64,000 bases of DNA, from the NCBI GenBank assembly GCA_945862465.1, contig CAMAYO010000003.1, positions 92 through 64,091 of the forward strand. Reading direction: 5' to 3'. Of this stretch, positions 38,302-50,358 are shown piece by piece. The stretch comes from Pseudorhodobacter antarcticus. GTDB taxonomy: Bacteria; Pseudomonadota; Alphaproteobacteria; Rhodobacterales; Rhodobacteraceae. Below the pieces are notes generated by a model. That model saw only the letters and a program-made list of their open reading frames with translations. It made no database searches and had not been told where the DNA came from. The position numbers and the translations under genes were made by a program. Position 1 is the first letter of the stretch. Each line of letters begins with the position of its first letter.

Positions 38302-38493
38302 ATGAAACGCCTAACCGCCCTTCTGCTCGCCCTGCCCACCGTCGTCCTGCCTAGCCTCGCCTATGCCCATGCGGGCGATCATTCCGGCCTTGGACTGATG
38401 CATCTTATCCGCGAGCCCGACCATCTGGTGCTGATTGCGGCCTGTGTGGCTGTGGTGGCGCTGGTGGTTTATAAACTGCGGTCGCGCCCATGA
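38302..38493 (+). CDS. Small membrane protein resembling the N-terminus of HupE/UreJ (63 aa)
   Basis: Signal-like N-terminus, [14 protein letters not shown], one TM helix. GAGG SD; stop overlaps the ureB start. Confidence 0.7.
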   Translation: MKRLTALLLALPTVVLPSLAYAHAGDHSGLGLMHLIREPDHLVLIAACVAVVALVVYKLRSRP

Positions 38494-38795
38494 TCCCTGG
38501 TGAGGTTTTCCCCGCCCAAGGCGACATCATCCTGAACGCCGACCGCCAAGCCATCACCCTGCTGGTCGCCAATACCGGCGACCGTCCTGTGCAAGTGGGC
38601 AGTCATTACCACTTTGCCGAAACCAACCCAGGCCTGTCGTTTGATCGCGCCGCAGCCCATGGCACGCGGCTGGATATTCCCGCCGGAACCGCCGTGCGCT
38701 TTGAACCTGGCCAGACCCGTGAGGTCAACTTGGTGCCCTACGGTGGCTTGCGCAAAGTTTATGGCTTTAACGCCAAAGTGATGGGAGATCTGTAA
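38490..38795 (+). CDS. ureB: Urease beta subunit
   Basis: [35 protein letters not shown]. Confidence 0.98.
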   Translation: MIPGEVFPAQGDIILNADRQAITLLVANTGDRPVQVGSHYHFAETNPGLSFDRAAAHGTRLDIPAGTAVRFEPGQTREVNLVPYGGLRKVYGFNAKVMGDL

Positions 38796-40504
38796 TGGCC
38801 ACCCGTATTTCCCGCCCCGATTACGCCGCCATGTATGGCCCCACCACCGGCGACCGCGTGCGCCTTGGCGATACCGACATCATCATTGAAGTCGAACACG
38901 ACCTGACCACCTACGGCGAAGAGGTGAAGTTTGGCGGCGGTAAAGTCATCCGCGACGGCATGGGGCAAAGCCAGATCCCACGCTCTGGCGGGGCGGTGGA
39001 TACTGTTATCACCAACGCGCTGATCTTGGACCATTCGGGCATCTACAAGGCCGATGTTGGCCTGCGCGATGGGCTGATCTATGCCATCGGCAAGGCGGGC
39101 AACCCCGACACGCAATCGGGTGTGACGATCATCATCGGCCCCTCGACCGAGGTGATCGCGGGTGAGGGTAAGATCCTGACGGCAGGCGGCTTTGACTGCC
39201 ATATCCACTTCATCGCACCGGGCCAGATCGAAGATGCGCTGCATTCGGGCATCACCACGATGCTGGGCGGCGGCACGGGGCCTGCGCATGGCACTTTGGC
39301 CACCACCTGCACGCCGGGGCCTTGGCACATGGGGCGAATGTTGCAAGCACTTGACGCGTTTCCCATCAACTTCGGCCTGTCGGGCAAGGGCAACGCCTCG
39401 CGCCCCGAAGGGCTGGTTGAGATGGTCAAGGGCGGGGCCTGCGCACTGAAACTGCACGAAGACTGGGGCACAACCCCTGCGGCCATCGACTGCTGCCTGA
39501 CGGTGGCGGATGAGATGGATGTGCAGGTGATGATCCACTCCGACACGCTCAACGAATCCGGTTTTGTCGAAAACACCATGGCGGCCATCAAGGGCCGCAC
39601 CATCCACGCCTTTCACACCGAAGGGGCAGGGGGCGGCCATGCGCCTGACATCATCAAGGTGGTGACCTCGCAAAACGTCATCCCGTCGTCGACCAACCCG
39701 ACCATGCCCTACACCGTCAACACGCTGGAAGAGCATCTGGATATGCTGATGGTCTGCCACCATCTGGACCAGTCCATCGTCGAAGACGTGGCCTTTGCCG
39801 AAAGCCGCATCCGCCGCGAAACCATCGCGGCCGAGGATATTTTGCACGATATGGGGGCTTTCTCGATCCTGTCGTCAGACAGCCAAGCGATGGGGCGGGT
39901 GGGTGAGGTGATCACCCGCACATGGCAAACCGCTCATAAGATGAAGCAACAACGCGGGCGTCTTCCGGAAGAGACTGGACAGAACGACAATGTCCGCGCC
40001 AAGCGCTATGTCGCCAAATACACCATCAACCCCGCCACCGCCCAAGGGATGAGCCGACATATCGGATCGATCGCCGTGGGTAAAAGGGCCGATCTGGTGC
40101 TGTGGGTTCCAGCCTTTTTTGGGGCCAAGCCCGAAATGGTGCTGGTGGGGGGCATGATCGCCTGTGCGCAGATGGGCGACACCAATGCCTCGATCCCCAC
40201 GCCACAGCCTACCTACACCCGCCCGATGTTCGGGGCCTATGGTGGCGCACTTACTCGCAACGCGGTGCTGTTTGTCAGCCAAGCCGCCCAAGCGGATGGG
40301 TTGCGCGGCCAATTGGGCTTGGGCAAGCAAACCCTCGCGGTGGAAAACACCCGCACCATCGCCAAGCGCGACATGATCCACAACCACGCCACGCCGTTGA
40401 TTGAGGTGAACGCCGAAACCTACGAAGTCCGTGCGGATGGCGAGCTTTTAACGTGTGAACCAGCTGCAGAATTGCCCTTGGCGCAGCGCTACTTCCTGTA
40501 CTAA
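38795..40504 (+). CDS. ureC: Urease alpha subunit
   Basis: [52 protein letters not shown]. Confidence 0.99.
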   Translation: MATRISRPDYAAMYGPTTGDRVRLGDTDIIIEVEHDLTTYGEEVKFGGGKVIRDGMGQSQIPRSGGAVDTVITNALILDHSGIYKADVGLRDGLIYAIGKAGNPDTQSGVTIIIGPSTEVIAGEGKILTAGGFDCHIHFIAPGQIEDALHSGITTMLGGGTGPAHGTLATTCTPGPWHMGRMLQALDAFPINFGLSGKGNASRPEGLVEMVKGGACALKLHEDWGTTPAAIDCCLTVADEMDVQVMIHSDTLNESGFVENTMAAIKGRTIHAFHTEGAGGGHAPDIIKVVTSQNVIPSSTNPTMPYTVNTLEEHLDMLMVCHHLDQSIVEDVAFAESRIRRETIAAEDILHDMGAFSILSSDSQAMGRVGEVITRTWQTAHKMKQQRGRLPEETGQNDNVRAKRYVAKYTINPATAQGMSRHIGSIAVGKRADLVLWVPAFFGAKPEMVLVGGMIACAQMGDTNASIPTPQPTYTRPMFGAYGGALTRNAVLFVSQAAQADGLRGQLGLGKQTLAVENTRTIAKRDMIHNHATPLIEVNAETYEVRADGELLTCEPAAELPLAQRYFLY

Positions 40505-40549
40505 GCGCCAGTCCGTCGCCCTCAAGACCCCGCCGAAAGACAAAGCCCG

Positions 40550-41092
40550 ATGCCCGACTTGCCGCCTGCCAATGCTGTTCTCTCCAAGGCCCCCGCATCC
40601 GCCTATGGCGCGGTGGTGCTTGGCTACGATGAACGCCTCTTGCGGCGCAAACGCTTGGTGACGGCAGAAGGCGAAGGCTTCCTCGTCGACCTGCCCGCCG
40701 TCACCAACCTTGATGACCACTGGGGCTTTGTGCTGCAAGACGGCCGCGCCATAGAAGTTGTGGCGGCACAGGAAGCATTGGTGCAGATCACCGGCCAAGA
40801 CCTGCCCCGTCTGGCTTGGCACATCGGCAACCGCCACACGCCCTGCCAGATCGAACCCACCCGCCTGCTGATCCGGCGCGATCATGTGCTAGAGGCCATG
40901 CTGGCCCAGTTGGGGGCCAAGGTTGCCTATGTGACCGAAGCCTTCAAACCCGAAGGTGGTGCTTACGGCACGGGCCGCACCATGGGCCACAGCCACGGGC
41001 CGGAAACCCAGCCCCATGCCCATGCGGAAACCTTCGGTTGGCATGACCACGGCGATGGGCACATGCACTTTCACCCCGCCAAGCCCAAATGA
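40550..41092 (+). CDS. ureE: Urease accessory protein UreE
   Basis: LAWHIGNRH, F.PEGGAYG, His-rich tail. Confidence 0.95.
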   Translation: MPDLPPANAVLSKAPASAYGAVVLGYDERLLRRKRLVTAEGEGFLVDLPAVTNLDDHWGFVLQDGRAIEVVAAQEALVQITGQDLPRLAWHIGNRHTPCQIEPTRLLIRRDHVLEAMLAQLGAKVAYVTEAFKPEGGAYGTGRTMGHSHGPETQPHAHAETFGWHDHGDGHMHFHPAKPK

Positions 41093-41721
41093 CGGAACTT
41101 CTAAGCCTGATCCAGTGGCTCTCGCCCGCATTTCCGACCGGCGGCTATGCCTATTCACATGGGCTGGAACAGGCCGTGGTGGACGGCACCCTTACCGATG
41201 CGCCAAGCCTGCGCCATTGGCTCGAAGACATTCTCACCCACGGCTCTGGCCGCCAAGACGCTATCCTGCTCGCTTGCGCCCTGCGCCCCGATGCCGACCA
41301 CGACGCGCTCACCGATCTTGCCACAGCCCTCGCCGCCAGCGCCGAGCGTGCGCATGAAACCCTGGCCCAAGGGACAGCGCTGGCCCAAACTGTGGCTGCC
41401 CTGACAGGCCACACCCTAAACCCCCGCCCGCTTCCCGTGGCTTTGGGCCAAGCCGCAAGCCCCCTTAACCTGCCCGCAGCGCAGGTGATAGCCCTTTACC
41501 TGCACGCCTTCGCCTCGAACCTGATCCAATGCATGGTCCGCTTTGTCCCCCTAGGCCAGACCGAGGGGCAAGCGACGCTCACGGCCCTGCACCCGCTGAT
41601 CCAAAGCCTCGCCCAAACGCTGTCTACCGCCACCACCGACGACCTCGCCGCGTCCACCTTCGGGGCCGAGATGGCTGCGATGCGCCACGAAACCCTGCAA
41701 CCAAGGATCTTCAAAACATGA
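41089..41721 (+). CDS. ureF: Urease accessory protein UreF
   Basis: [39 protein letters not shown]. Confidence 0.96.
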   Translation: MTELLSLIQWLSPAFPTGGYAYSHGLEQAVVDGTLTDAPSLRHWLEDILTHGSGRQDAILLACALRPDADHDALTDLATALAASAERAHETLAQGTALAQTVAALTGHTLNPRPLPVALGQAASPLNLPAAQVIALYLHAFASNLIQCMVRFVPLGQTEGQATLTALHPLIQSLAQTLSTATTDDLAASTFGAEMAAMRHETLQPRIFKT

Positions 41722-42347
41722 GCGTCAATGGACCCTTGCGCGTTGGCATCGGCGGCCCAGTGGGCGCTGGCAAGACCACGCTGACCGAACAGCTGTGCCG
41801 CGCTTTGGCACAGCGCTGCTCGATGGCGGTGATCACGAACGACATCTACACCCGCGAAGACGCCGATTACCTGACCCGCGCGCAGGTGCTGCCCGCCGCG
41901 CGCATTCGCGGCGTGGAAACTGGCGGCTGCCCGCACACCGCGATCCGCGAGGATGCCAGTATCAACCTCGCCGCCGTGGCCGATCTGAACCGTAACTTCC
42001 CCGACCTTGACCTGATCCTGATCGAAAGTGGGGGTGATAACCTCGCCGCCACATTTTCGCCCGAACTGGCCGATATCAGCATCTATGTGATCGACACTGC
42101 CGCAGGCCAAGACATCCCGCGCAAAAAGGGCCCCGGCGTCACCCGTTCCGACCTGCTGGTCGTGAATAAAACTGACCTAGCGCCTTATGTCGGCGTCGAC
42201 CTAACCCTGCTGGAAGAAGATACCAAACGCGCCCGCGGCCCGCGCCCCTATGTTCTGGCCCGCCTGCGCCAAGGCCAAGGTGTTGCAGCGATTGTGGCCT
42301 TTATAGAAAAAGAAGGCGGCCTAGCCCTTATAGACCAAACCGCCTAA
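41718..42347 (+). CDS. ureG: Urease accessory GTPase UreG
   Basis: [36 protein letters not shown]. Confidence 0.98.
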   Translation: MSVNGPLRVGIGGPVGAGKTTLTEQLCRALAQRCSMAVITNDIYTREDADYLTRAQVLPAARIRGVETGGCPHTAIREDASINLAAVADLNRNFPDLDLILIESGGDNLAATFSPELADISIYVIDTAAGQDIPRKKGPGVTRSDLLVVNKTDLAPYVGVDLTLLEEDTKRARGPRPYVLARLRQGQGVAAIVAFIEKEGGLALIDQTA

Positions 42348-42349
42348 CC

Positions 42350-42386
42350 CTTTCATACGCGCCCAAATATCCCCGCCGGAGGCATC
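42350..42386. repeat. Short interspersed repeat, family B copy 2
   Basis: CTTTCAT..CCCAAATATCCCCGCCGGAGGCATC; the reverse complement shares GGGATATTT...ATGAAAG with 26062-26085. Confidence 0.55.
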
Positions 42387-42434
42387 ACCCCCGCCACCTG
42401 TCCCGTTCAGGGCCAACTGGCGCGGTGCAGCGTG

Positions 42435-44276
42435 TTAGGCTTCGTCAGGCAAAACCCGCACCGCGCCCTTGTCGGCCGAGGAGGCAAACAGCGCATAGGC
42501 TTTGAGCGCGGTTGACACTTTGCGTGAGCGTGGCTTGGCGGGCTTCCACCCTGCCGCATCCTGTGCGGCACGGCGGGTCGCCAGCACGGCATCGCTGACG
42601 CGCAGGCTGATCGACCGCTTTGGAATGTCGATATCAACCATGTCGCCTTCGTGCACCAACCCGATCACGCCGCCGCCCGCCGCTTCGGGGCTGACATGGC
42701 CGATCGACAGGCCCGACGTGCCGCCCGAAAAGCGCCCATCAGTCACAAGCGCGCAGGCTTTGCCCAGCCCCATGCTTTTTAGATAGCTCGTCGGATACAG
42801 CATCTCTTGCATCCCCGGTCCGCCCTTGGGCCCTTCATAGCGGATCACCAGCACGTCACCGGGTTTGATTTCTTTGGCCAAAATCGCATTCACCGCCGCG
42901 TTTTGGCTTTCAAACACCCGTGCTGGGCCGGAAAAGACCAGAATGCTGTCATCGACACCGGCGGTTTTTACAATACAGCCATCGATGGCCAGATTGCCTG
43001 TCAGCACGGCCAAGCCGCCATCCTTGGAAAACGGCGTGGTGGCCGACCGGATCACACCCTCGGCACGGTCAAGGTCTAGCGAGGGGTAGCGGCCTGTGGC
43101 CAAGAAGGCCTCGGTCGTGCGCACACCGCCGGGGGCGGCGCGGAAGAACTCGCGCACCGATTCCTGATTGGTTCGGCTGATGTCCCATTGATCAATAGCA
43201 GCCCCGATAGAGCGGGAATGGATCGTGGGCACTTCGCGGTTCAGCAAGCCTGCCGAATCCAACTGGCCCAAGATCGCCATAATGCCGCCTGCGCGGTGGA
43301 CATCTTCCATATGCACATCTTGCTTGGCGGGGGCCACTTTGCACAGCACGGGCACTTTGCGCGACAGATCGTCGATATCTTTGAGGGTGAAATCCACCTC
43401 GCCCTCATGCGCTATGGCCAGAATGTGCAGCACGGTGTTGGTCGACCCACCCATCGCCACATCCAGCGCCATGGCGTTTTCGAACGCCTGTTTGGTCGCA
43501 ATATTGCGCGGCAAGACGTTCATGTCGTCTTGTTCGTAATGGCGCTTGGTGATGTCGACAATCAGATGCCCCGCCTCGACAAACAGGCGTTTGCGGTCGG
43601 CGTGGGTGGCAAGGGTTGATCCGTTGCCGGGCAGCGAGAGGCCCAAAGCCTCGGTCAAACAGTTCATCGAATTGGCTGTGAACATGCCAGAGCAGGATCC
43701 GCAGGTGGGGCAAGATGCCTTCTCAATCGCCTCAACCTCTTCATCGGTGTAAGACCCATCAGCAGCCGAGACCATGGCATCCACCAGATCAAGCGCCACT
43801 TCTTTGCCCTTGATCACTACCTTGCCCGCTTCCATCGGCCCGCCCGACACAAAGACGCACGGAATGTTCAACCGCATCGCCGCCATCAACATGCCGGGGG
43901 TGATTTTGTCGCAGTTCGAAATGCACACCATCGCATCGGCGCAGTGCGCGTTGACCATGTATTCCACGCTGTCGGCGATCAACTCGCGCGAGGGCAGCGA
44001 ATACAGCATCCCGTCATGGCCCATTGCAATGCCGTCATCTACGGCGATCGTGTTGAACTCTTTGGCCACACCGCCTGCCGCCTCAACCTCGCGTGCGACC
44101 AACTGGCCAAGGTCTTTCAAATGCACATGGCCGGGCACAAACTGGGTAAAGCTGTTGACGATGGCGATGATCGGCTTGCCGAAGTCGCCGTCTTTCATGC
44201 CCGTTGCGCGCCACAATCCACGGGCACCGGCCATATTGCGGCCATGGGTCGTTGTGCGAGAGCGGTACACGGGCAT
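42435..44276 (-). CDS. ilvD: Dihydroxy-acid dehydratase
   Basis: [50 protein letters not shown]. Confidence 0.97.
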   Translation of the reverse strand: MPVYRSRTTTHGRNMAGARGLWRATGMKDGDFGKPIIAIVNSFTQFVPGHVHLKDLGQLVAREVEAAGGVAKEFNTIAVDDGIAMGHDGMLYSLPSRELIADSVEYMVNAHCADAMVCISNCDKITPGMLMAAMRLNIPCVFVSGGPMEAGKVVIKGKEVALDLVDAMVSAADGSYTDEEVEAIEKASCPTCGSCSGMFTANSMNCLTEALGLSLPGNGSTLATHADRKRLFVEAGHLIVDITKRHYEQDDMNVLPRNIATKQAFENAMALDVAMGGSTNTVLHILAIAHEGEVDFTLKDIDDLSRKVPVLCKVAPAKQDVHMEDVHRAGGIMAILGQLDSAGLLNREVPTIHSRSIGAAIDQWDISRTNQESVREFFRAAPGGVRTTEAFLATGRYPSLDLDRAEGVIRSATTPFSKDGGLAVLTGNLAIDGCIVKTAGVDDSILVFSGPARVFESQNAAVNAILAKEIKPGDVLVIRYEGPKGGPGMQEMLYPTSYLKSMGLGKACALVTDGRFSGGTSGLSIGHVSPEAAGGGVIGLVHEGDMVDIDIPKRSISLRVSDAVLATRRAAQDAAGWKPAKPRSRKVSTALKAYALFASSADKGAVRVLPDEA

Positions 44277-44425
44277 TTCATTCTCCTGTCATAAGGTCGC
44301 CCGTTTCGGGCGCGCGCGCGGTCCTGACATGGCGCTTGGGGCGCAATCAATCAAGAGTGGTTTTTTATGACAGGCTTTTGGCCGCGATAAAACCGCTGTT
44401 TGACCTATCGAGGAAACGCGGTAAC

Positions 44426-45409
44426 GTGGCCGAAATGCCCTTTAGCACGGTGCAAGGCCCAGTGACGACCCAACCCAAACGCGATCACGAGGCGACTGTG
44501 GCCGCGGCCTTGTCACGCGGCGCGGCGGCAAAGTCGTTGGTTGCCGCCTCGTGGAGCAGGTCTGCCGTGGTGCATGGTTTGGAACCCTCGCGCCGCGTTA
44601 ATCCCGTGCGCATGACGCAGGCAGAGTTTAACCTGCTGCTTGAACGCTTAGGGCCCTTAGTTGTCACCGCCGCCCCCACGTTGGATCGCCTTTTCCAATC
44701 CATCGGCGCTTTGGGCGGCTGTGTCATCTTGGCCAGCAACGAAGGCATAGCCGTCGACCGGCGGGGCAGGCCCGCCCATGACCGCGAATTTCAGGAAAAC
44801 GGGCTTTGGACCGGCACGAACTGGTCTGAATCAGCGGCGGGCACAAATGGCATTGGCACGGCGCTGGCCTTGGGCCATGCCGTCACCATCCATCGCGACC
44901 AACATTTCTTGTCGGCCAATATCGGGCTCTCCTGCTCCTCCGCCCCCGTGTTTGACGCCGAGGGCCAGTTGGCTGCTGTGCTGGATGTGTCGACCGCTGG
45001 CGGCGAGACGGGAGAGGCGATGGCCGGCCTGATCGCCCACGCCGTGGGAGAGGCGGCGCGGCGGATTGAAAGCGATCTGTTCCATGCAGCCTTTCCCAAG
45101 GCGCGGCTGATGATGCCGCCGGGGGTAGACCGCGTTCAGGGTGCTATTCTGGCGGTGGACAAAGATGAATTGGTGATCGGGGCCACCCGTGCGGCACGGC
45201 TGCACTTTGGGCTCAAAGGTGATTTGGGGCGCAAACCGGTGCCCGCCGCCGACTTGTTGGGCTTGGAGTCTCCCGCCACGCTAGAGGCGGGCGAGCGTGC
45301 GGTGATGGCGCGGGCCTTGGCGCGGGCGGGGGGCAATGCTTCGGCTGCGGCGCGGGCTTTGGGGATTTCGCGCGCCACGTTTCACCGCAAGTTGGGCCGT
45401 CAAGACTAA
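44426..45409 (+). CDS. GAF-domain plus Fis-HTH regulator (AcoR-like N-terminus, no AAA+ domain)
   Basis: SWSRS, WSE..AGTNGIGT, CSSAPVFD, terminal GNASAAARALGISRATFHRKL. Confidence 0.85.
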   Translation: MAEMPFSTVQGPVTTQPKRDHEATVAAALSRGAAAKSLVAASWSRSAVVHGLEPSRRVNPVRMTQAEFNLLLERLGPLVVTAAPTLDRLFQSIGALGGCVILASNEGIAVDRRGRPAHDREFQENGLWTGTNWSESAAGTNGIGTALALGHAVTIHRDQHFLSANIGLSCSSAPVFDAEGQLAAVLDVSTAGGETGEAMAGLIAHAVGEAARRIESDLFHAAFPKARLMMPPGVDRVQGAILAVDKDELVIGATRAARLHFGLKGDLGRKPVPAADLLGLESPATLEAGERAVMARALARAGGNASAAARALGISRATFHRKLGRQD

Positions 45410-45525
45410 GGCGGGCAGAAAAGCTCTTGCAAAGCTTCGCCTTTGGCGAAACCCTTGGTGGGTGGGGCAAGGTGCGGTTGGGAACATCTGAACTGCCCCT
45501 GCCTTTCCATGTTACAGGATCCTTG

Positions 45526-46293
45526 ATGACCCGCCGTTCCACCCTTACCGCCCTGATCCTATCCGCAGCCCTGGCCATGCCTGTCGCCAGCCATGCTGTC
45601 GATATCACCGTCTTTGCCGCATCTAGCTTGAAAACCGCGCTGGATGTGATTGCGGCGGATTGGGAAAACCAGACGGGGAACCATGTGGTGATTTCTTATG
45701 ATTCCTCGGCCAAGCTGGCCAAGCAGATCGAACAGGGCGCGCCTGCGGATGTGTTCATCTCAGCCTCAAAACAATGGATGGATGCGCTGGCGGATGCCAA
45801 CTTGATCAAGCCTGAGAGCCGCAAGACCATTTTGGGCAACACGCTGATCTTAGTTGCCGCTGACCCCGCCGCCGCGCCCGTGACCATCGCGCAGGGCTTT
45901 GATCTGGCGGGGCTTTTGGGCGATAGAAAGCTGGCGATGGGCTTGGTGGAGTCTGTTCCTGCTGGGCAATATGGGAAAGAGGCTTTGACGAACTTTGGCA
46001 TCTGGGATGCGGTTGCGCCCAAGGTGGTTCAAACCGAAAACGTGCGCGCAGCCCTGAAACTGGTCGACAACGCAGAGGCGGCTTACGGGATCGTCTATGC
46101 CTCTGATGCGGTGGGCGATACGCAAGTCGCTGTGGTGGGAAGTTTCCCCGCAGACAGCCACAAGCCGATCGTTTACCCTGCCGCCATAACGGCCAGCAGC
46201 ACCCAGCCCGAGGCGCAGGTGTTTCTGGATGCCTTGTCCTTAGATGCGGCTTCGGCCATCTTTGCAGCTCAGGGCTTTATCGTCCTGAAATAG
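45526..46293 (+). CDS. modA: Molybdate ABC substrate-binding protein
   Basis: VFAASSL, SSAKLAKQI.QGAPADVFISA, VPAGQYG, GIVYASDA. Confidence 0.96.
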   Translation: MTRRSTLTALILSAALAMPVASHAVDITVFAASSLKTALDVIAADWENQTGNHVVISYDSSAKLAKQIEQGAPADVFISASKQWMDALADANLIKPESRKTILGNTLILVAADPAAAPVTIAQGFDLAGLLGDRKLAMGLVESVPAGQYGKEALTNFGIWDAVAPKVVQTENVRAALKLVDNAEAAYGIVYASDAVGDTQVAVVGSFPADSHKPIVYPAAITASSTQPEAQVFLDALSLDAASAIFAAQGFIVLK

Positions 46294-46300
46294 GAATGTG

Positions 46301-46996
46301 ATGCCCGACTGGTTATCCCCTGACGAGTGGCGCGCCGTGGCCTTATCGCTGCGCGTATCGCTTTGGGCCACGTTCCTCAGCCTGCCGTTGGGCATTCTGG
46401 TGGCCTTTGCGCTGGCGCGGCGGCAGTTTTGGGGCAAGCAAGTGTTGAACGGGCTGGTGCATTTGCCCCTGATCTTGCCGCCAGTGGTGACGGGCTATCT
46501 GCTTTTGCTGACCTTTGGGCGAAAGGGTTTCGTTGGGCAATATCTGGACATGATGGGCGTGGTCTTGGCCTTTCAATGGACAGGCGCTGTGCTGGCCGCC
46601 GCTGTCATGGCGTTCCCGCTGATGGTGCGCGCCATTCGCCTGTCGGTCGAGGCGGTGGATGCCAAGGTGGAACAGGCGGCGAGCACCTTGGGGGCATCGC
46701 CGATGTGGGTCTTTGCCACCATCACCCTGCCGCTGATCTTGCCCGGTATCATCGTGGGCGCCGTTTTGGCCTTTGCCAAAGCGATGGGAGAGTTTGGTGC
46801 CACCATCACCTTTGTGGCCAATATTCCGGGCCAAACCCAAACCCTGCCTTCGGCCATCTATGCCTTTTTGCAGGTGCCCGGTGGCGACCCACAGGCGTTT
46901 CGGCTGGTGCTGGTGTCGATCTTTGTCGCCATGGCGGCACTTGTTCTGTCGGAATGGGCCAGCAAAGCCGTGGCGCGCAGGATTTCGGGCGCATGA
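46301..46996 (+). CDS. modB: Molybdate ABC permease
   Basis: HLPLILPPVVTGY, MAFPLMVR, KAMGEFGATI, TQTLPSAIY. Confidence 0.96.
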   Translation: MPDWLSPDEWRAVALSLRVSLWATFLSLPLGILVAFALARRQFWGKQVLNGLVHLPLILPPVVTGYLLLLTFGRKGFVGQYLDMMGVVLAFQWTGAVLAAAVMAFPLMVRAIRLSVEAVDAKVEQAASTLGASPMWVFATITLPLILPGIIVGAVLAFAKAMGEFGATITFVANIPGQTQTLPSAIYAFLQVPGGDPQAFRLVLVSIFVAMAALVLSEWASKAVARRISGA

Positions 46997-48093
46997 CGGT
47001 GCAAGTTTCCTTGCAGCACGCCTTTGACGCCTTTGCGCTGGATGTGGCGTTTGAGCTGCCTGCGGGCGTGACGGCGCTGTTTGGCCCGTCAGGGGCGGGC
47101 AAATCAAGCGTGATCAAGGCAGTGGCAGGGCTGATGCGGCCCGATCAGGGGCTTATTCGTGCGGGCGATCAGGTTTTGCTCGACACCGACAAGGGCATCA
47201 ACTTGCCCCCGCACCGCCGCCGGATTGGCTGCGTGTTTCAAGACGACCGCCTGTTTCCCCATCTGACTGTGCGACAGAACCTGTCCTATGGGCGCTGGTT
47301 CTCGCCCGGCAAGGGCGGCGTCTCGTTCGATCAGGTCGTCGCCATGCTGGGCATCGCCCCACTTCTGGCGCGCCGTCCGCAAACCTTGTCGGGGGGCGAA
47401 CGACAGCGCGTTGCCATTGGGCGGGCGTTGCTATCGAACCCGCAGATTTTGGCGATGGATGAACCTTTGGCGGCACTGGATGAAGCCCGAAAGGCTGAAA
47501 TCCTGCCCTATCTGGAACATCTGCGCGACCAAACGCAGATCCCCATCCTTTACGTTAGTCATTCCGTGTCAGAGATCACCCGCCTTGCCGGCAAGGTCGT
47601 GGTGCTGGGCAAGGGGCGTGTGTTGAAGGCGGGGCCGGTGGCCGAAGTGTTTTCAGACCCCAACCTGTCGCCATGGCTGGGCGGTGTGCGTGAAGCGGGC
47701 TCGGTGATTACCGCCACTGTGGCCGCCCAAGAGCATGACGGACTGACCCGCCTGCACACCTCCGCCGGTCCGCTGTGGTTACCACGGGTTGATGCCGCGA
47801 TAGGTGCGGCCCTGCGGGTGCGGATTGCGGCGCAAGATGTGATGTTGGCGGTGCAGCGGCCCGAAGGGATCTCGGCCCTTAACATCCTGCCCGCCACGGT
47901 GGTGTCCTTGCGGATGGGCGATGGGCCGGGGGCTATGGTGCAACTTCGCTTAGGGGAAGATTTGCTGCTGGCGCGCATCACGCGGCGGTCAGCGATGCAT
48001 CTGGGGCTGACCGTGGGTTCGCCTGTGTTTGCGGTGCTGAAAACGGTTGCCGTGGCCCCCGGTGACATCGGCGCGCCGCCGATCACGCCTTGA
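46993..48093 (+). CDS. modC: Molybdate ABC ATPase with TOBE domain
   Basis: GPSGAGKS, LSGGERQRVAIGRALL, MDEP, C-terminal ISALN..TOBE. Confidence 0.96.
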   Translation: MTVQVSLQHAFDAFALDVAFELPAGVTALFGPSGAGKSSVIKAVAGLMRPDQGLIRAGDQVLLDTDKGINLPPHRRRIGCVFQDDRLFPHLTVRQNLSYGRWFSPGKGGVSFDQVVAMLGIAPLLARRPQTLSGGERQRVAIGRALLSNPQILAMDEPLAALDEARKAEILPYLEHLRDQTQIPILYVSHSVSEITRLAGKVVVLGKGRVLKAGPVAEVFSDPNLSPWLGGVREAGSVITATVAAQEHDGLTRLHTSAGPLWLPRVDAAIGAALRVRIAAQDVMLAVQRPEGISALNILPATVVSLRMGDGPGAMVQLRLGEDLLLARITRRSAMHLGLTVGSPVFAVLKTVAVAPGDIGAPPITP

Positions 48094-48144
48094 CGCCAAA
48101 GCACTTGGCAGACTATCCCCGCGCTCGTTCTTAAAGGGGCGCCT

Positions 48145-48870
48145 ATGTCAGACGAAACCGGCTCAGACGAAACCGAAGGCTTGGGCGATGCCCCCCCTGC
48201 GCGGCGCAACTTTTACGGGCGCATTCGCGGCAAAACCCTGCGCGCCAGCCAAAAAGACTATCTGGCCGAGGATTTGGGGCCTGTCACGCTGAACGGTGTG
48301 ACCCCTGTAGAAAACCCTGCGCGGGGTTTGGTGGAACTGGAACCGTGGCGACAAGCGCGCCCTTTGTGGCTGGAAATCGGCTTTGGCGGCGGTGAGCATC
48401 TGGTGCATATGGCTGCGCGCAACCCTGATGTGGCGCTGATCGGGGCAGAGCCGTTTGTGAACGGAATCGCCATGCTGTTGGGCAAGATCCGCACCGCCGG
48501 TGTGAATAACCTGCGCATCCACCCCGGCGATGTGCGCGACTTGTTTGAGGTGTTGGGGCCTGCCGCCGTCTCGAAGGTGTTTCTGAACTACCCCGATCCT
48601 TGGCCCAAAGCCCGCCATCACCGCCGCAGGGTGGTGACGCAGGAATACCTGCTGCCCCTTGCAAGGATCACGGCTTCGGGGTCGGAATTTCGTGTGGCGA
48701 CCGATATTCCCGATTACGTGCGCCAAACGCTGGAAGAGGTGCCGCAGGCGGGGTTCGACCTGATCCACCAAGGCAGCACGCCTTGGGAGGATTGGCTGTC
48801 CACCCGTTATGAACAAAAGGCGCTGCGCGAAGGCCGCCCGCCGCATTATATGACCTTTCGTCGCCTTTAA
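48145..48870 (+). CDS. trmB: tRNA (guanine-N7)-methyltransferase
   Basis: LEIGFGGGEH, NYPDPWPKARHHRRR, ATD, TRYEQKA. Confidence 0.96.
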   Translation: MSDETGSDETEGLGDAPPARRNFYGRIRGKTLRASQKDYLAEDLGPVTLNGVTPVENPARGLVELEPWRQARPLWLEIGFGGGEHLVHMAARNPDVALIGAEPFVNGIAMLLGKIRTAGVNNLRIHPGDVRDLFEVLGPAAVSKVFLNYPDPWPKARHHRRRVVTQEYLLPLARITASGSEFRVATDIPDYVRQTLEEVPQAGFDLIHQGSTPWEDWLSTRYEQKALREGRPPHYMTFRRL

Positions 48871-48955
48871 CGGGGCAGGGGTCGCGGCCCTTGTCCTGTA
48901 GACCCCGCTCACCAACTGGGCTATCACCCGCCTATTCAACGCGCAGGAGCTTTCC

Positions 48956-50308
48956 ATGTCTGCCCACGGCACCGCCCAACCGATGACCGCCCATAAGTCC
49001 GGCCCGCTCAAAGGCACCGCTGCTGTGCCGGGCGACAAGTCGATCAGCCACCGCGCTTTGATCTTTGGGGCGATGGCGATTGGCGAAACCACCATCACCG
49101 GCCTGCTGGAAGGCCAAGATGTGCTGGATACCGCCAAGGCGATGCAGGCCTTTGGGGCCACCATTACGCATCACGGCCCCGGCGCGTGGAGCGTGCAGGG
49201 CGTGGGCGTGGGTGGCTTTGCCGAACCCGCCGATGTGATTGACTGCGGCAATTCTGGCACGGGCGTGCGGTTGATCATGGGCACCATGGCGACCACGCCG
49301 ATCACTGCCACCTTCACGGGCGACCCCAGCTTGCGCAAGCGGCCCATGGGGCGCGTGACCGACCCGCTGTCGTTGTTTGGCACGCAGGCCTATGGGCGCA
49401 AAGGTGGGCGTTTGCCCATGACTGTGGTGGGTGCTGCCAACCCCATCCCCGTGCGTTATGCCCTGCCCGTGGCCAGCGCGCAGGTGAAATCCGCCATCCT
49501 TCTGGCGGGGCTGAATGCCCCCGGCCAGACGGTTGTGATCGAAAAAGAACCGACCCGTGACCATTCCGAGCGGATGCTTTTGGGCTTCGGCGCGGCCCTA
49601 ACGGTCGAGAAAACATCCGAAGGCAATGTCATCACCCTGACCGGCCAGCCCGAATTGCGCCCGCAATCGGTGGCCGTGCCGCGCGACCCGTCCTCGGCCG
49701 CCTTTCCCGTTTGTGCGGCGCTGATCGTCGAAGGCTCTGACATCTTTGTGCCCGGCGTCAGCCAGAACCTGACGCGCAACGGGCTGTATCTGACCTTGGT
49801 TGAAATGGGCGCGGATATTGAGTTTCAAAACCCCCGCACCGAAGGCGGCGAACCTGTGGCCGACCTGCGCGTGCGCTTTTCGGGTGATATGAAGGGCATC
49901 GAAGTGCCCGCCGAACGCGCGCCGTCGATGATCGACGAATACCCGATCTTGTCAGTGGTCGCGTCATTTGCCACGGGCACAACGGTGATGCGCGGGGTCA
50001 AGGAATTGCGCGTCAAAGAATCTGACCGGATCGACGCGATGGCGCGCGGTTTGGAGGCTTGCGGCGTGAAGGTGGAAGAAGATCAAGACACGCTGATCGT
50101 GCATGGCTTGGGCGCGGGTGGCATGCCCGGCGGGGCCACGGCCAAGACCCACATCGACCACCGCATTGCCATGAGCTTCCTGATTGCGGGCATGGCCGCG
50201 AAAAAGCCGGTGTCGATTGATGACGCCTCGCCTATTGTGACCTCTTTTCCAATCTTTGAAGGCTTGATGACCGGTCTTGGCGCTGTTTTATCCCACGATG
50301 CCGATTGA
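48956..50308 (+). CDS. aroA: EPSP synthase
   Basis: [46 protein letters not shown]. Confidence 0.98.
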   Translation: MSAHGTAQPMTAHKSGPLKGTAAVPGDKSISHRALIFGAMAIGETTITGLLEGQDVLDTAKAMQAFGATITHHGPGAWSVQGVGVGGFAEPADVIDCGNSGTGVRLIMGTMATTPITATFTGDPSLRKRPMGRVTDPLSLFGTQAYGRKGGRLPMTVVGAANPIPVRYALPVASAQVKSAILLAGLNAPGQTVVIEKEPTRDHSERMLLGFGAALTVEKTSEGNVITLTGQPELRPQSVAVPRDPSSAAFPVCAALIVEGSDIFVPGVSQNLTRNGLYLTLVEMGADIEFQNPRTEGGEPVADLRVRFSGDMKGIEVPAERAPSMIDEYPILSVVASFATGTTVMRGVKELRVKESDRIDAMARGLEACGVKVEEDQDTLIVHGLGAGGMPGGATAKTHIDHRIAMSFLIAGMAAKKPVSIDDASPIVTSFPIFEGLMTGLGAVLSHDAD

Positions 50309-50358
50309 CGGCCAAGGCAAGGCATGATGCCTTGCACCGCAATCGGGTGGAGGGTGCA

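Noticed and set aside
45410-45525. ModE/Mop Mo-box or Moco riboswitch upstream of modA
   Set aside because: No TATAT-N7-TATAT-like repeat or recognisable riboswitch core; only short GC hairpins.
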